A DNA stretch of 64,000 nucleotides from Candidatus Woesearchaeota archaeon. GTDB taxonomy: Archaea; Nanobdellota; Nanobdellia; SCGC-AAA011-G17; JACPIM01. Where the stretch lies: the NCBI GenBank assembly GCA_016188045.1, contig JACPIM010000002.1, positions 108,737 to 172,736 of the forward strand, written 5' to 3'. A model generated the notes under the pieces. That model was not told the DNA's origin and searched no databases. It saw nothing but the letters and a program-made list of their open reading frames with translations. Every line of letters starts with the position of its first letter. The stretch's first letter is position 1. A program made the position numbers and the translations under genes. This document shows positions 8,468 to 18,384 of the stretch, piece by piece.

Positions 8468-10243
8468 TTAACTCATCAACTCAATTTTCTTTCCAGAATG
8501 TAATGCGTCCAATATCTTTCTTCCAACCTGGCTTTCTTTATGTATCTTAATTTCTCCTTTCCTGCTTGAATAAGCAGTCAATAATAGTTTACCAGATATT
8601 AGTACCTGTACTTCTCTCCCAGGTTCTATAAAAAACCTAATAACTTTTTTATCTTCACCTATCTTAAAATTAATCTCCCTTTTCTCTTCTTTCAACTCTT
8701 TAATCTCTATGCTAATTCCTAAATCTTTCTCAATTTGAGATATTACTTTGCCGTCTTTTCCGATTATTCTTGCAATATCTCTTTCAGGAACTTGAACTAC
8801 AACTCGGTTGTTACTAACAATATCTACATTACATTCCTTGCAATATTTTTTAAATTCCCTTTCAATAGCAACTCTAGCTAAATTTTTAACGCTATCTTTA
8901 GAAACAGTTTCTCCAACAGGAATAACAACTGTTTGCTCTCCATAACTGTAGATCTCATATTCAAGTTTTTCATTTTCAAAATCCCTTACTTCAACAACAG
9001 GTCTGGCTAAATCACTCTCAGTCATTCCAGTAGGAACTTTAACAACCATCTTTAATCCTAAAACCTTTCCTATGCTACCCTTCTCAACAAACAAGATAGT
9101 ATCAACAACACTAGGTATCATTCCAACTTCTAATCTTGAAATAAATCTCTGAACAGCATCTATCGGACTACTTGAGTGAACTACCCCAATACACTCAGCT
9201 CCTGCAAGTCTTAAATCGCTATACAACTCAAAATCAGGAGTGTCTCTCATTTCATCAAAAATGATGTTATCTGGTCTGCTTAAAAATAAAATATCATGAA
9301 TTTCTTCACTAGATGTAAAATTCTTGCTATATTGTGTTATCTCATCCGGTACTTGTAGATCTCTAGGACTTTCAACGGTTTTTATAATCTTGCCTTGCTT
9401 CAAATAAAACTCAGCTAAAGCCTGTACGAAAGTTGATTTACCACTGCCGGGCTCTCCAGCAACAATTATTCCTCTGGATTTTTCCTTTATTCTTTCAAAT
9501 AATTTTTCCTTCAGATGATATTCTTCTAATCTTAATTTCTTTAATGGTTTAACAACAGTTATTTCCCAACCATCTGAAACAGGCGGTCTTACAATAACAA
9601 TTCTATAGTTGTTACATTGTACTATGGTGCTGCCTCTCCTGGAAATTTCAATAAAAGTCTTGGGATCTATTCTAGATTTTTCAATTATCTCTTTGGACAT
9701 TCCTTCTATTTCTTTAGAAGTCAATCTTGTATCATTAACTTTAGTTAGTTCCCATTCACCAGGCTTTCCTTTTTTGGCATAGCAAAAACTATCCTCTTTT
9801 AAGTGGATGCTCATGGTTTTATCATCAAAGAATTTTTCAAACTCTAATTTTTCTTTAATTTCCTTTTTCTCTAGGTAAATAACATCCAATCCAAAAGCTT
9901 TGGCAGATTCAGCTTGGACTTTATCACCAGTAATTAACTTTGCTTTTTCTTTGTAGGCAATTTCCCTTATAAAAGCATCAATCTCTCCTGATTTAGCAAA
10001 CTTAATCTGTTGCTCATTCGGTCTTGCACCAATAAACTCTAGTTTGATTTTCTTTAGTTTTCTTATTTCCTGAATCTCTTCTAAACCCAAAAAACCAATT
10101 TCTAATCCTTTATTTGCCTGATTTTCTAATTCAGCTATTACAGCATTGGGAATTAACACAGTTCCCTCTATTTTTTTCTCACTAGATAATCTAGTAACTG
10201 CCTTCTCTATTACAGCAGACGTATCTACAACATATTTCATCAT
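8468..10243 (-). CDS. PINA ATPase (PIN, P-loop ATPase and KH domains; COG1855)
   Basis: N-terminal VVDTSAVI PIN motif, GEPGSGKST Walker A, C-terminal IIGKDG KH motif. Confidence 0.92.
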   Translation of the reverse strand: MMKYVVDTSAVIEKAVTRLSSEKKIEGTVLIPNAVIAELENQANKGLEIGFLGLEEIQEIRKLKKIKLEFIGARPNEQQIKFAKSGEIDAFIREIAYKEKAKLITGDKVQAESAKAFGLDVIYLEKKEIKEKLEFEKFFDDKTMSIHLKEDSFCYAKKGKPGEWELTKVNDTRLTSKEIEGMSKEIIEKSRIDPKTFIEISRRGSTIVQCNNYRIVIVRPPVSDGWEITVVKPLKKLRLEEYHLKEKLFERIKEKSRGIIVAGEPGSGKSTFVQALAEFYLKQGKIIKTVESPRDLQVPDEITQYSKNFTSSEEIHDILFLSRPDNIIFDEMRDTPDFELYSDLRLAGAECIGVVHSSSPIDAVQRFISRLEVGMIPSVVDTILFVEKGSIGKVLGLKMVVKVPTGMTESDLARPVVEVRDFENEKLEYEIYSYGEQTVVIPVGETVSKDSVKNLARVAIEREFKKYCKECNVDIVSNNRVVVQVPERDIARIIGKDGKVISQIEKDLGISIEIKELKEEKREINFKIGEDKKVIRFFIEPGREVQVLISGKLLLTAYSSRKGEIKIHKESQVGRKILDALHSGKKIELMS

Positions 10244-10281
10244 TTTTTCTCCATTAGCTTTCTGCCCATTAAAGGAAGTTG

Positions 10282-10302
10282 ATAAGAAACGCAGTTTCTT
10301 AT
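10282..10302 (+). repeat. GNA-triloop hairpin repeat copy (ATAAGAAAC-GCA-GTTTCTTAT)
   Basis: Perfect 9-bp stem preceded by GGAAGTTG. Confidence 0.75.
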
Positions 10303-10452
10303 TTGCGAAAGCTTTTTAAACTACTTTTATTTAATTATATATAGGCTAGATTATTAAGAATAAGCACCTTAACTAATCTAGCATTAACAAATATTCCTTT
10401 TTAAATCTTTCTACAAAACATTATTAAATAAATTTGTAAAGCAAAGAAGGTT

Positions 10453-12450
10453 ATGGAAAAGATCAATAAAAAGGTATTTTATTTCATATTATTGATATTC
10501 TTAAATTATGTACTTATACCTGCTTGGTTATTGATTAGAGATACAAAATTTAGGATATTATACTTCATTATTCTAATATTATTTCTCCCATTTTCTGCTG
10601 TATTTTTAAGATATTTATTAAATAAAACACAAATTAAAACATTTGAAAAGCCAGAAAAGAATTTTAAATTGAAATTTTTATTAGTTTCATTATTTGCATT
10701 TTTATCCCAGATATTCCTTATATTCCAGCCAATAACGTTTACAGACGAAATTGCCTATGTTAGCGAAGGAATGTATTCATTTACAATTTTAAATAATTTA
10801 AGTCATTCATTATTTGGTTTTTCTATAATAGTTTTATCTTATCTAGTATTAGCATTATTATTGCTTTTATTTATTATATTCAGAAAAATTAATTTTAAAA
10901 AATATTTTGAGAAAAAAAATTTTATTTTATATACTTTAATAACCTTCATAGTTATATCAGTAATAATTTTCATTTTAATCAATTCATATTTAGAAGTTTT
11001 CCTATCCAAGGCATTCACATCAAAATCTTTGGATTATAAGTTATCGTGGTTAGTCGCAGGGATTCAAATAATATATTACACATTACCAACATTATTCCTA
11101 AATCTAAGTGAATTTTCATTTAGAATAACTTCTCTTTTGATATTTATAGCTGCTGGTTATTTCTTCATAAAGTTACTGCAATTATTAAATATAAGAAGAA
11201 ATATTTTCTATACTTTATTGATTTTCTTTTTTATCCCTTCTTTCTCGTATTTTGCAAACTTAGCATTTGGAACAACAGAACTGATATTTTTCACAGTATC
11301 AATTTCATATTTCTTAGTAAGATACGAACAGCATAAAGATCAGAATTCTTTATTTTATTTCATCCTATTATCAGTTCTTATGGTCTTTTTTGATAAGAAA
11401 GCAAATGCCTTTATCTTGGGATTATTAATTTTTTACATCTTAAAATTAATCATAATTAATAAATTTAGAATAAGAGAATTTTTACAGCAAAATAAAATTA
11501 TTCTTTATTCATTATTATTTATATCTATCTTAACAATACCACAAAACCTAATACGAAGCGAACAGTTTTATCAGACATCATTAAACGAATTAAACCCATA
11601 TCTTGATAATCAAGAAAGTAAATTCTTGAATCTAAGCAACTGGCTAAGTCTATTTCAGTCAACAAGAGTATTATCTAACTTGCCAAATCAGATAACAATA
11701 CCTATGCTTATATTATCCATATTTTCGTTATTTATTGTTATACCTCAAATTTTAATAAGAAAAAACCACCAATTATTGCTCCTAATTTCAATATTTCTGG
11801 GCTATTACATATTCTTCACTTCTTTAATCTATAATGGTTCGCCCAGATATACAGTCCCTATGCTTTTTATTTTTCCAATATTTTATATATATTTTATAAA
11901 AATAATAATTCTTAAAAAACCAAACTTGGCTAATTTTCTAAATATTTTTACTCTAATATTATCTGTTTTCGTAATAGTTTTTACTCTTTTTTTAGCATAT
12001 CACAATTATCAAGATCGTTATCTTCCTGCAGACCAGTTATTTTCATACATCAAACAAGAATTGCCTAATGAAAAATTCCTAAAAACAATGACACCATCTT
12101 CATATAATTTTTATATCATAAAGAATAATCTAAATTTTAATAATTTTGATCCAACAATATGGGAAAAAGCAGAAAATCAAACCTTTGATAATCTTTATGA
12201 TTATATGTCTGAAAATAATATTACTTACTTTATATTACTCTTACCGAATTATTCTTATGATTCTTATTATCCAAGAAAATACACAACTTGGCTGGATTTA
12301 TCAAACTATAAAGATTTAACTTCATTTCCGATTTTAAATCACTCTTTAGTTAACGATTTGTATAATGAAAAAAGCAGCAAGTTCAAAAAAATTAAAGAGT
12401 TCGCTTTTGGCAAAAATGTTATGTTTATTATAAAGAGAATAGATTCATAA
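10453..12450 (+). CDS. Polytopic GT-C fold glycosyltransferase (ArnT/PMT-like)
   Basis: Many TM helices, an early DE motif (TDEIAY), SEFSFR and a late PRY motif. Confidence 0.65.
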   Translation: MEKINKKVFYFILLIFLNYVLIPAWLLIRDTKFRILYFIILILFLPFSAVFLRYLLNKTQIKTFEKPEKNFKLKFLLVSLFAFLSQIFLIFQPITFTDEIAYVSEGMYSFTILNNLSHSLFGFSIIVLSYLVLALLLLLFIIFRKINFKKYFEKKNFILYTLITFIVISVIIFILINSYLEVFLSKAFTSKSLDYKLSWLVAGIQIIYYTLPTLFLNLSEFSFRITSLLIFIAAGYFFIKLLQLLNIRRNIFYTLLIFFFIPSFSYFANLAFGTTELIFFTVSISYFLVRYEQHKDQNSLFYFILLSVLMVFFDKKANAFILGLLIFYILKLIIINKFRIREFLQQNKIILYSLLFISILTIPQNLIRSEQFYQTSLNELNPYLDNQESKFLNLSNWLSLFQSTRVLSNLPNQITIPMLILSIFSLFIVIPQILIRKNHQLLLLISIFLGYYIFFTSLIYNGSPRYTVPMLFIFPIFYIYFIKIIILKKPNLANFLNIFTLILSVFVIVFTLFLAYHNYQDRYLPADQLFSYIKQELPNEKFLKTMTPSSYNFYIIKNNLNFNNFDPTIWEKAENQTFDNLYDYMSENNITYFILLLPNYSYDSYYPRKYTTWLDLSNYKDLTSFPILNHSLVNDLYNEKSSKFKKIKEFAFGKNVMFIIKRIDS

Positions 12451-12482
12451 GATATTTAAATCTAAAAAAAGCAACTCTTTTT

Positions 12483-13100
12483 ATGAACTTAGATTTATTT
12501 TTACTATATCTCGCAAATTATTCTTATTTATCAATAGCTGTTCTTATGTTACTATCATCAATAGGTTTTCCATTTCCAGACGACTTAATCATGATTTCAG
12601 TAGGGTATTTATCTTATTTAAAACTAATAAATCCTTATATTGCCGGTTTTGAAATTATTTTTCTGGGTTTACTATTAGACAATATCTATTTTTTTCTTGG
12701 GAGATACAAAGGAAAATCAATCTTGGATAGATTATCAAATAGATCAGAATTTATTAAGAAAATAGCCCAACAAAACGAATCTTATGTTTTAAGACCAAGA
12801 AAAGTATTCATAGCAAGATTTGTTCCAGTCTTAAGATCTGTAGTCCCGTTCGCGGCAGGAACATCTGAAATAAAATGGAAAATATTCTTCATGTACAATC
12901 TGTTTGCTCTTTTAATTATGACCCCAATTATAATAATATTGAGTTTTCATTTTAGCAGGTATCTTGTAGTATTTTTCAATCTTAATGAAAAAGCAGTTGG
13001 TATAGTTTTATTGCTGCTGGTTTTTTTAGGCTTAATCATAACAATAATAAAAATATTAATTAGGTTATTTAAAAAATCAAATATTTCTCAAAAAAACTAA
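12483..13100 (+). CDS. DedA family membrane protein
   Basis: GFPFPDD and ARFVPVLRSVVPFAAG motifs. Confidence 0.9.
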   Translation: MNLDLFLLYLANYSYLSIAVLMLLSSIGFPFPDDLIMISVGYLSYLKLINPYIAGFEIIFLGLLLDNIYFFLGRYKGKSILDRLSNRSEFIKKIAQQNESYVLRPRKVFIARFVPVLRSVVPFAAGTSEIKWKIFFMYNLFALLIMTPIIIILSFHFSRYLVVFFNLNEKAVGIVLLLLVFLGLIITIIKILIRLFKKSNISQKN

Positions 13101-13775
13101 AAACCCGGTATGTCCAAGAATTAAATTCTTTGGCCTTAATCTTATATCATCAACAATCCATTCTCTTTCAATATTTTCCAAAACTTTTTCAACATAAAAA
13201 CCCATAGCTTCCTTAACTAAAAGATCAACTTGGTTTATATTAGGTAAATAGCAAACTAAAAAACCACCAGATTTCAAGCTTTTTTTAGCGTGTTTTAAAA
13301 CTTTCCAAGGTTCATTTAAATCCAAGGTTATTAAGTCTAAATCATTTTCATCAATTCCTTCATAAATATCTTTGTTCTTTAATTTAACTTTTATACCTAA
13401 AAATTCTAAATTTTTTTTAGCTAGATTAAAAAAGTCTTTATTTTTTTCATAACTTGTAACCTTTTTGCTTATATTACCTAAAAATCCAGCCAAAACCCCG
13501 CAACCAGATCCAGCATCAACAACTTTGCTTTTTGAATTAATTCCAGTATAAGATAAAATTAAACCAATATCTTTAGGAAGCATTATGGCAGGTCCTCTTT
13601 TTATTTTATTTATTTTATCAACAAAACCGCCATCAAAAACAATAAACTCTTTTCCTAAATGACTTTTTACAACTCCATTTCGAATATATTTTTCTTTAAT
13701 AACACCAAAAGAAGTATGCAAATCTCCACCATCCCAATAGTGTTTATTTCCTTTAGAATCTATGATTACTTTCAT
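13077..13775 (-). CDS. trmI: tRNA (adenine-N1)-methyltransferase TrmI/GCD14
   Basis: KRGPAIMLPKD, VVDAGSGCG, LDLNEPW and GHTGFL motifs; start set at MKVIIDSKG. Confidence 0.9.
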   Translation of the reverse strand: MKVIIDSKGNKHYWDGGDLHTSFGVIKEKYIRNGVVKSHLGKEFIVFDGGFVDKINKIKRGPAIMLPKDIGLILSYTGINSKSKVVDAGSGCGVLAGFLGNISKKVTSYEKNKDFFNLAKKNLEFLGIKVKLKNKDIYEGIDENDLDLITLDLNEPWKVLKHAKKSLKSGGFLVCYLPNINQVDLLVKEAMGFYVEKVLENIEREWIVDDIRLRPKNLILGHTGFLVFLRNI

Positions 13776-13776
13776 A

Positions 13777-13998
13777 TTATCTTCTTTCAGTAAAAAAATA
13801 AACCAACATTTTTTTATCAGGAAATCCATTTTTTTTGATAATTAATCTGTATAAATCTATATTATGGGTTCCATACCATGCATAAATTGGATTACCATTA
13901 AACTCTTGACCAACCCTTACAAGTCCATATTTATCTGCATCTCCTAAACTAAGTTCAAGTGGGGGTACTTTTTTATCAGACATTTTGCTCCTAATCAT
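13777..13998 (-). CDS. Small hypothetical protein
   Basis: ORF between tRNA-Leu and trmI; no recognisable motif. Confidence 0.5.
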   Translation of the reverse strand: MIRSKMSDKKVPPLELSLGDADKYGLVRVGQEFNGNPIYAWYGTHNIDLYRLIIKKNGFPDKKMLVYFFTERR

Positions 13999-14012
13999 TT
14001 CTTATGAATATT

Positions 14013-14176
14013 TGCGGGGAACAGGATTCGAATTCGCAACCCTTTTCCGTGAACGCTTTTCCTAAAAGGGTTCCTGCGTAGGCACTAAGCCAATACGTCT
14101 TGAGCGTATCCCGTCAAGTCGATTCTTTCCGAGGTTTCTTCCTAAGAAAGCTCTTTGACCACTCCGGCATCCCCGC
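14013..14176 (-). tRNA. tRNA-Leu(CAA) with two 40-nt introns (D-loop 14115-14154; position 53/54 14033-14072)
   Basis: GCGGGGA/TCCCCGC acceptor stem, CTCAAGA anticodon loop, long variable arm; BHB helices GGTC/GACT and CGCA/TGCG. Confidence 0.92.
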
Positions 14177-14279
14177 ATATAAGGAATTATTCCTTATCAA
14201 CCATAAATAAGTAAGAAAACCTTTATAAATCTTACAATGCAAAAAAGCAAGTAATAGAAAATAGTTATTGGGGGGACAA

Positions 14280-14858
14280 ATGCTAGAAGAATTAACCTTT
14301 TTAGAAGAAGGCAAATTTACTCAAAGAGATGAAGTAGTAAAAAAGAAAGCAAGAGAATTAGCGGATATTGCACAAGGTGAAGAACCAAAAATACTTCACG
14401 AAATATCTAAATATCTATTTAGAATTGCTCAAGAAGTAAGACCTAATTTATTTAGAAAAAGAACTGCTTCTCAAATAATATTATCAGGGTGTACTACGGG
14501 TAGCACAGATAAAGTCATAGTATTTCTGGCATTGGCAAGAGAAAACGGAATACCATCCGCATATATTGAGGCATTTGAAAAATATTGGTTGCAAGAATTA
14601 AGATTTCCAATACAAGGTCATGTTTTTGCTCAAATACTCTTTGCAGATCAGTGGAGAATAGTCGAACCGACAAGGGGCGTATCTAGGGAAAATGAATATA
14701 GGTTTAATGATAGAACTTATATTGAAGCAGGAAAAGGCATTGATTTTTCACAATTATATGTTAAACAAGGAGAAGTTTATGCTCCAAACCCAGAAGGATT
14801 TGCAAATAAGCAAGCACTTATGGATTTAGCACGAAGAATAAAATGTCAGAACAAATAA
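14280..14858 (+). CDS. Transglutaminase-like domain protein (expected catalytic Cys appears replaced by Ser)
   Basis: TGSTDKVIVFLALARENGIP...GHVFAQI...WRIVEPT. Confidence 0.7.
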   Translation: MLEELTFLEEGKFTQRDEVVKKKARELADIAQGEEPKILHEISKYLFRIAQEVRPNLFRKRTASQIILSGCTTGSTDKVIVFLALARENGIPSAYIEAFEKYWLQELRFPIQGHVFAQILFADQWRIVEPTRGVSRENEYRFNDRTYIEAGKGIDFSQLYVKQGEVYAPNPEGFANKQALMDLARRIKCQNK

Positions 14859-15556
14859 TAAAATTAAAAGATGTTTGTAAAATTTACCAAATGGGGGAAA
14901 CAGAAGTTAAAGCTTTATATAATGTATCAATAGATATAGAAAAAGGAGATTTTGTAGCAATAATGGGTCCATCTGGATCAGGTAAATCAACAGGCTTAAA
15001 TCTCGTAGGTAGCCTAGATCTTCCAACTCTCGGAAATATATATCTTGACAGCCAAGACATTTCACATTTAACAGAGTCAGAATTAGCCCAGATAAGAGGT
15101 CAAAAAATAGGTTTTATTTTTCAGCAGTTTAATCTAATCCCAAACTTAACAGCAAAAGAAAATGTTATGCTTCCTTTATTATTTCAAGGAATTGATAAAG
15201 AAGAGCGAGAATCAAGAGCAGAAGAACTGTTAAATCTAGTAGAACTACAAGACAGGATGGAGCACTATCCAAATCAACTCTCAGGAGGTCAGCAACAAAG
15301 AGTAGCTATAGCGAGAGCATTAGCAAATAACCCGGAAGTTATTCTTGCAGACGAACCAACAGGAAATTTAGATACAAAAACAGGAGAAAAAGTATTAGAA
15401 TTTCTAAATAAACTAAATGAAAAAGGAACTACTATTATTATGGTTACCCATGATCAAGATCTAGCAAAAGAGCACGCAAAAACAATTTACTCATTAAAAG
15501 ATGGTTCTCTAGAGGGCGTTTATAAAAGAACTGGCAAAAGCTGGAAAAAATTGTAG
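14843..15556 (+). CDS. ABC transporter ATP-binding protein (LolD/MacB family)
   Basis: GPSGSGKST, LSGGQQQR and DEPTGNLD motifs. Confidence 0.95.
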   Translation: MSEQIIKLKDVCKIYQMGETEVKALYNVSIDIEKGDFVAIMGPSGSGKSTGLNLVGSLDLPTLGNIYLDSQDISHLTESELAQIRGQKIGFIFQQFNLIPNLTAKENVMLPLLFQGIDKEERESRAEELLNLVELQDRMEHYPNQLSGGQQQRVAIARALANNPEVILADEPTGNLDTKTGEKVLEFLNKLNEKGTTIIMVTHDQDLAKEHAKTIYSLKDGSLEGVYKRTGKSWKKL

Positions 15557-15635
15557 AAATTAGTAGTAACTTTATAGTAACAAAAGCTTTATAAATAAAC
15601 TGTATCTAAACTAGCTTAAATAATGAAAAATCAAT

Positions 15636-16469
15636 ATGAACCATAAACTTATCAGTTTTTTAGTATTTTTAATATTAAGCATTAATCTAGCTTCAGCAGT
15701 ATCAGTTAGTAATATTCAAGCAAGCACAATATTTCCAGGAGAATCAACCTATGTATCTATAACTTTAGAAAATAACTTAGATGATACAGTTGAAAAACTC
15801 TCAATTTCTTTAGTTTTAGATAAAACTCCATTCATCACAATAGGAAGCTCGGAAAAAAGTATAGATGAATTAAAGGAAAACAGGCAAAGAAATTTTGAAT
15901 TTCAAATTAAAGCTCCAAACGATATTAAGCCGGGGAATTATAATATACCATATTCAATATTATATAATCTAAATGACCAATCAGAGCAAAAACAAGGAAC
16001 TTTCGGAATAACAGTGGATGCTAAAACAGAATTAAGCTTTTCAGGCGAAGTAGAAAATAATATTGTAGGTGAAAAAGGAAAAGTTTCTTTAAAAATAGTA
16101 AATAATGGATTAGCTGATTTAAGATTTGTTTCAGTTAAGCTTGTTCCAGTAGGTTTTACACTTACATCACCTGATGAAGTTTATATTGGAACAGTAAATT
16201 CAGATGATTTTGAAACAGCAAATTTTGATGTTATTTTTACAGGGGATAATTCAAAATTAAGTTCAATAGTAAACTACAGAGATTTTAATAACAATGTAAA
16301 ATCTGAAGTTGTTGATATTCCTCTAAATGTTTACACAAGAGAAAAAGCATTGGAATTGGGATTAATAAAGAAAAGTTACATTTGGATATATGTTATAATA
16401 GTTTTAGCTGTTTTAGTTTTATGGTTTATTTATAGGAAAATTAAAAAAAGAAGAAGGCTGAATAAATAA
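15636..16469 (+). CDS. COG1361-like S-layer/Ig-domain accessory protein of the ABC system
   Basis: Signal peptide, beta-rich Ig-like repeats, C-terminal TM with basic tail; typical gene context. Confidence 0.75.
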   Translation: MNHKLISFLVFLILSINLASAVSVSNIQASTIFPGESTYVSITLENNLDDTVEKLSISLVLDKTPFITIGSSEKSIDELKENRQRNFEFQIKAPNDIKPGNYNIPYSILYNLNDQSEQKQGTFGITVDAKTELSFSGEVENNIVGEKGKVSLKIVNNGLADLRFVSVKLVPVGFTLTSPDEVYIGTVNSDDFETANFDVIFTGDNSKLSSIVNYRDFNNNVKSEVVDIPLNVYTREKALELGLIKKSYIWIYVIIVLAVLVLWFIYRKIKKRRRLNK

Positions 16470-16477
16470 ATTAAAAG

Positions 16478-17692
16478 ATGAAAGACTATTTCCTTCTTGC
16501 TTTTAATAATCTAAAGCACCGAGGTTTAAGATCCTGGTTAACTATCTTGGGAATTTTTATAGGCATAGCTGCAGTAGTTGCTTTAATTTCCCTGGGTCAA
16601 GGATTAAAAGAAGCAATCACCGGTCAATTTTCAACTTTATCAGCAGACAGGTTAGTTATTACAAGTGCAGAAACAGGTTTCGGACCTCCTGGATCAACAG
16701 CAGTTAAAAAACTTACAGAGCGCGATTTAGATGTAATAAAAGAGGTTCAAGGAATAGAAAAAATAATTTCAAGATTGCTAAGAGTAGTGAAAGCAGAATA
16801 CAATAATGAGTTAAATTTTATTTTTACGGCAAGCATACCAAATAACAAAGAAGGTGCTGAAGCAGTATATGAAGCATTTAATTTAAAAGTCGAAAAAGGA
16901 AAAAAGCTAGAAGCAGGAGTTAAAGGAAAAGTCATTTTAGGAAGTGATATTGCTTCTTCAAATACATTTGATAAAAAAATAGAAGTTGGAAAGCAAATAA
17001 AAATTCAGGATAAAGACTTTGAAGTTATTGGAATTCTAAAAAAATCTGGATCTTTTCAGGTTAATCAAGTTATTTTAATGAATGAAGAAGATATGAAAGA
17101 CATCCTCAATATAAAAGATGAAATTGATATAATTGCTGTCCAAGTTAGTGATAAAGACAGAATAGAAGACATGGCAGAAGAAATAAAAAGAAAACTAAGG
17201 CAGGACAGAAATCAAAAAGAAGGAGAAGAAGATTTTTCAGTTCAAACACCAGTTCAAGCCCTTTCAGCAATTAACACTATTCTTAACATAATTAATCTAA
17301 TTGTTACAGGAATAGCTGCAATTTCTTTATTAATAGGAGGAATAGGCATAGCAAACACAATGTTTACTTCTGTCCTGGAAAGGAGAAAGGAAATTGGTAT
17401 TATGAAAGCAGTAGGAGCAAAAAATAAAGATGTGCTTAAAATTTTTGTTATAGAATCTGGATTATTGGGCCTAGTTGGTGGCATAGGCGGAGCTTTAATA
17501 GGTCTTTCATTAGCTTATTTAACCTCATTTTCAGCAAATTCCGCTTTAAACACAGATCTATTCAAAGTATCGCCTTCAGTTCCACTGCTGGTTGCCTCAA
17601 TTTTATTTGCTATTATAATAGGAATTATTGCTGGATTAATTCCTTCATATCAAGCATCAAAACTAAAACCAGTAGATGCATTAAGACAATGA
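16478..17692 (+). CDS. MacB/FtsX-family ABC permease
   Basis: RSWLTILGIFIG, SVLERRKEIGIMKAVGA and KLKPVDALR motifs. Confidence 0.93.
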   Translation: MKDYFLLAFNNLKHRGLRSWLTILGIFIGIAAVVALISLGQGLKEAITGQFSTLSADRLVITSAETGFGPPGSTAVKKLTERDLDVIKEVQGIEKIISRLLRVVKAEYNNELNFIFTASIPNNKEGAEAVYEAFNLKVEKGKKLEAGVKGKVILGSDIASSNTFDKKIEVGKQIKIQDKDFEVIGILKKSGSFQVNQVILMNEEDMKDILNIKDEIDIIAVQVSDKDRIEDMAEEIKRKLRQDRNQKEGEEDFSVQTPVQALSAINTILNIINLIVTGIAAISLLIGGIGIANTMFTSVLERRKEIGIMKAVGAKNKDVLKIFVIESGLLGLVGGIGGALIGLSLAYLTSFSANSALNTDLFKVSPSVPLLVASILFAIIIGIIAGLIPSYQASKLKPVDALRQ

Positions 17693-18384
17693 AATTAACA
17701 AATCCATTAACCACAGAAGAAAGAATTCAAATTCCTAGATTAATAGATCATGATATCTTAAGTGCTCAGACGGACATTATAATCCATCTCAAAAATCCTG
17801 AAGGTTTTGAATCATATTGTTCGCGTGAAAAAGCTCTAGCTCTAGCAAACTTTACAAAAAGTGTAACAAGGGTAGTTTCATGGATTACTTACCCGCGTGA
17901 TATATGCACAGATAAAGAAAATATCAAAAAAGTCCTAGATAAGTTTAAAATACTGTCTGATAACAAATTACAGATTCCAGATGTAGATATATCAAAGCAG
18001 CTTGTTTCGTATTTTCCTTTATTAGAAACCGTGATATTCAATCTTTATAAAAACGCAAGAAACGCAAGTAGAGATAATCCTATTTCTTTAGAAGTTTCTC
18101 AATCTCCTTTCCCAGAAAACGCATTATATATTCCAGAAGGAGCAAGAGACCACAAAGATTTTACCATTTTTGCTCTTCATAGTTCAGGAAGAGCTTTTCC
18201 AGAAAATCCTTCTTTAATTGAAAGGTTAACAATCTGCCCACCCCTAGGACATCATGGTTTTGGATTATATTTCACAGGACTTGCTGCTAAAGTATTAAGG
18301 GCCCCAGTTCATATTCAATCAGCTCCCGATAACACGACAATCTCATTTTATCATCCTATTTATCCAGATGATGGATCAAAATGA
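17689..18384 (+). CDS. Sensor-less histidine kinase-like protein (GHKL ATPase domain)
   Basis: N-box IFNLYKNA, G2-box GHHGFGLY, possible H-box LIDHDI. Confidence 0.6.
   Translation: MKLTNPLTTEERIQIPRLIDHDILSAQTDIIIHLKNPEGFESYCSREKALALANFTKSVTRVVSWITYPRDICTDKENIKKVLDKFKILSDNKLQIPDVDISKQLVSYFPLLETVIFNLYKNARNASRDNPISLEVSQSPFPENALYIPEGARDHKDFTIFALHSSGRAFPENPSLIERLTICPPLGHHGFGLYFTGLAAKVLRAPVHIQSAPDNTTISFYHPIYPDDGSK

Noticed and set aside
14114-14314. 66-aa minus-strand ORF in the track
   Set aside because: It runs through the tRNA-Leu gene and its promoter
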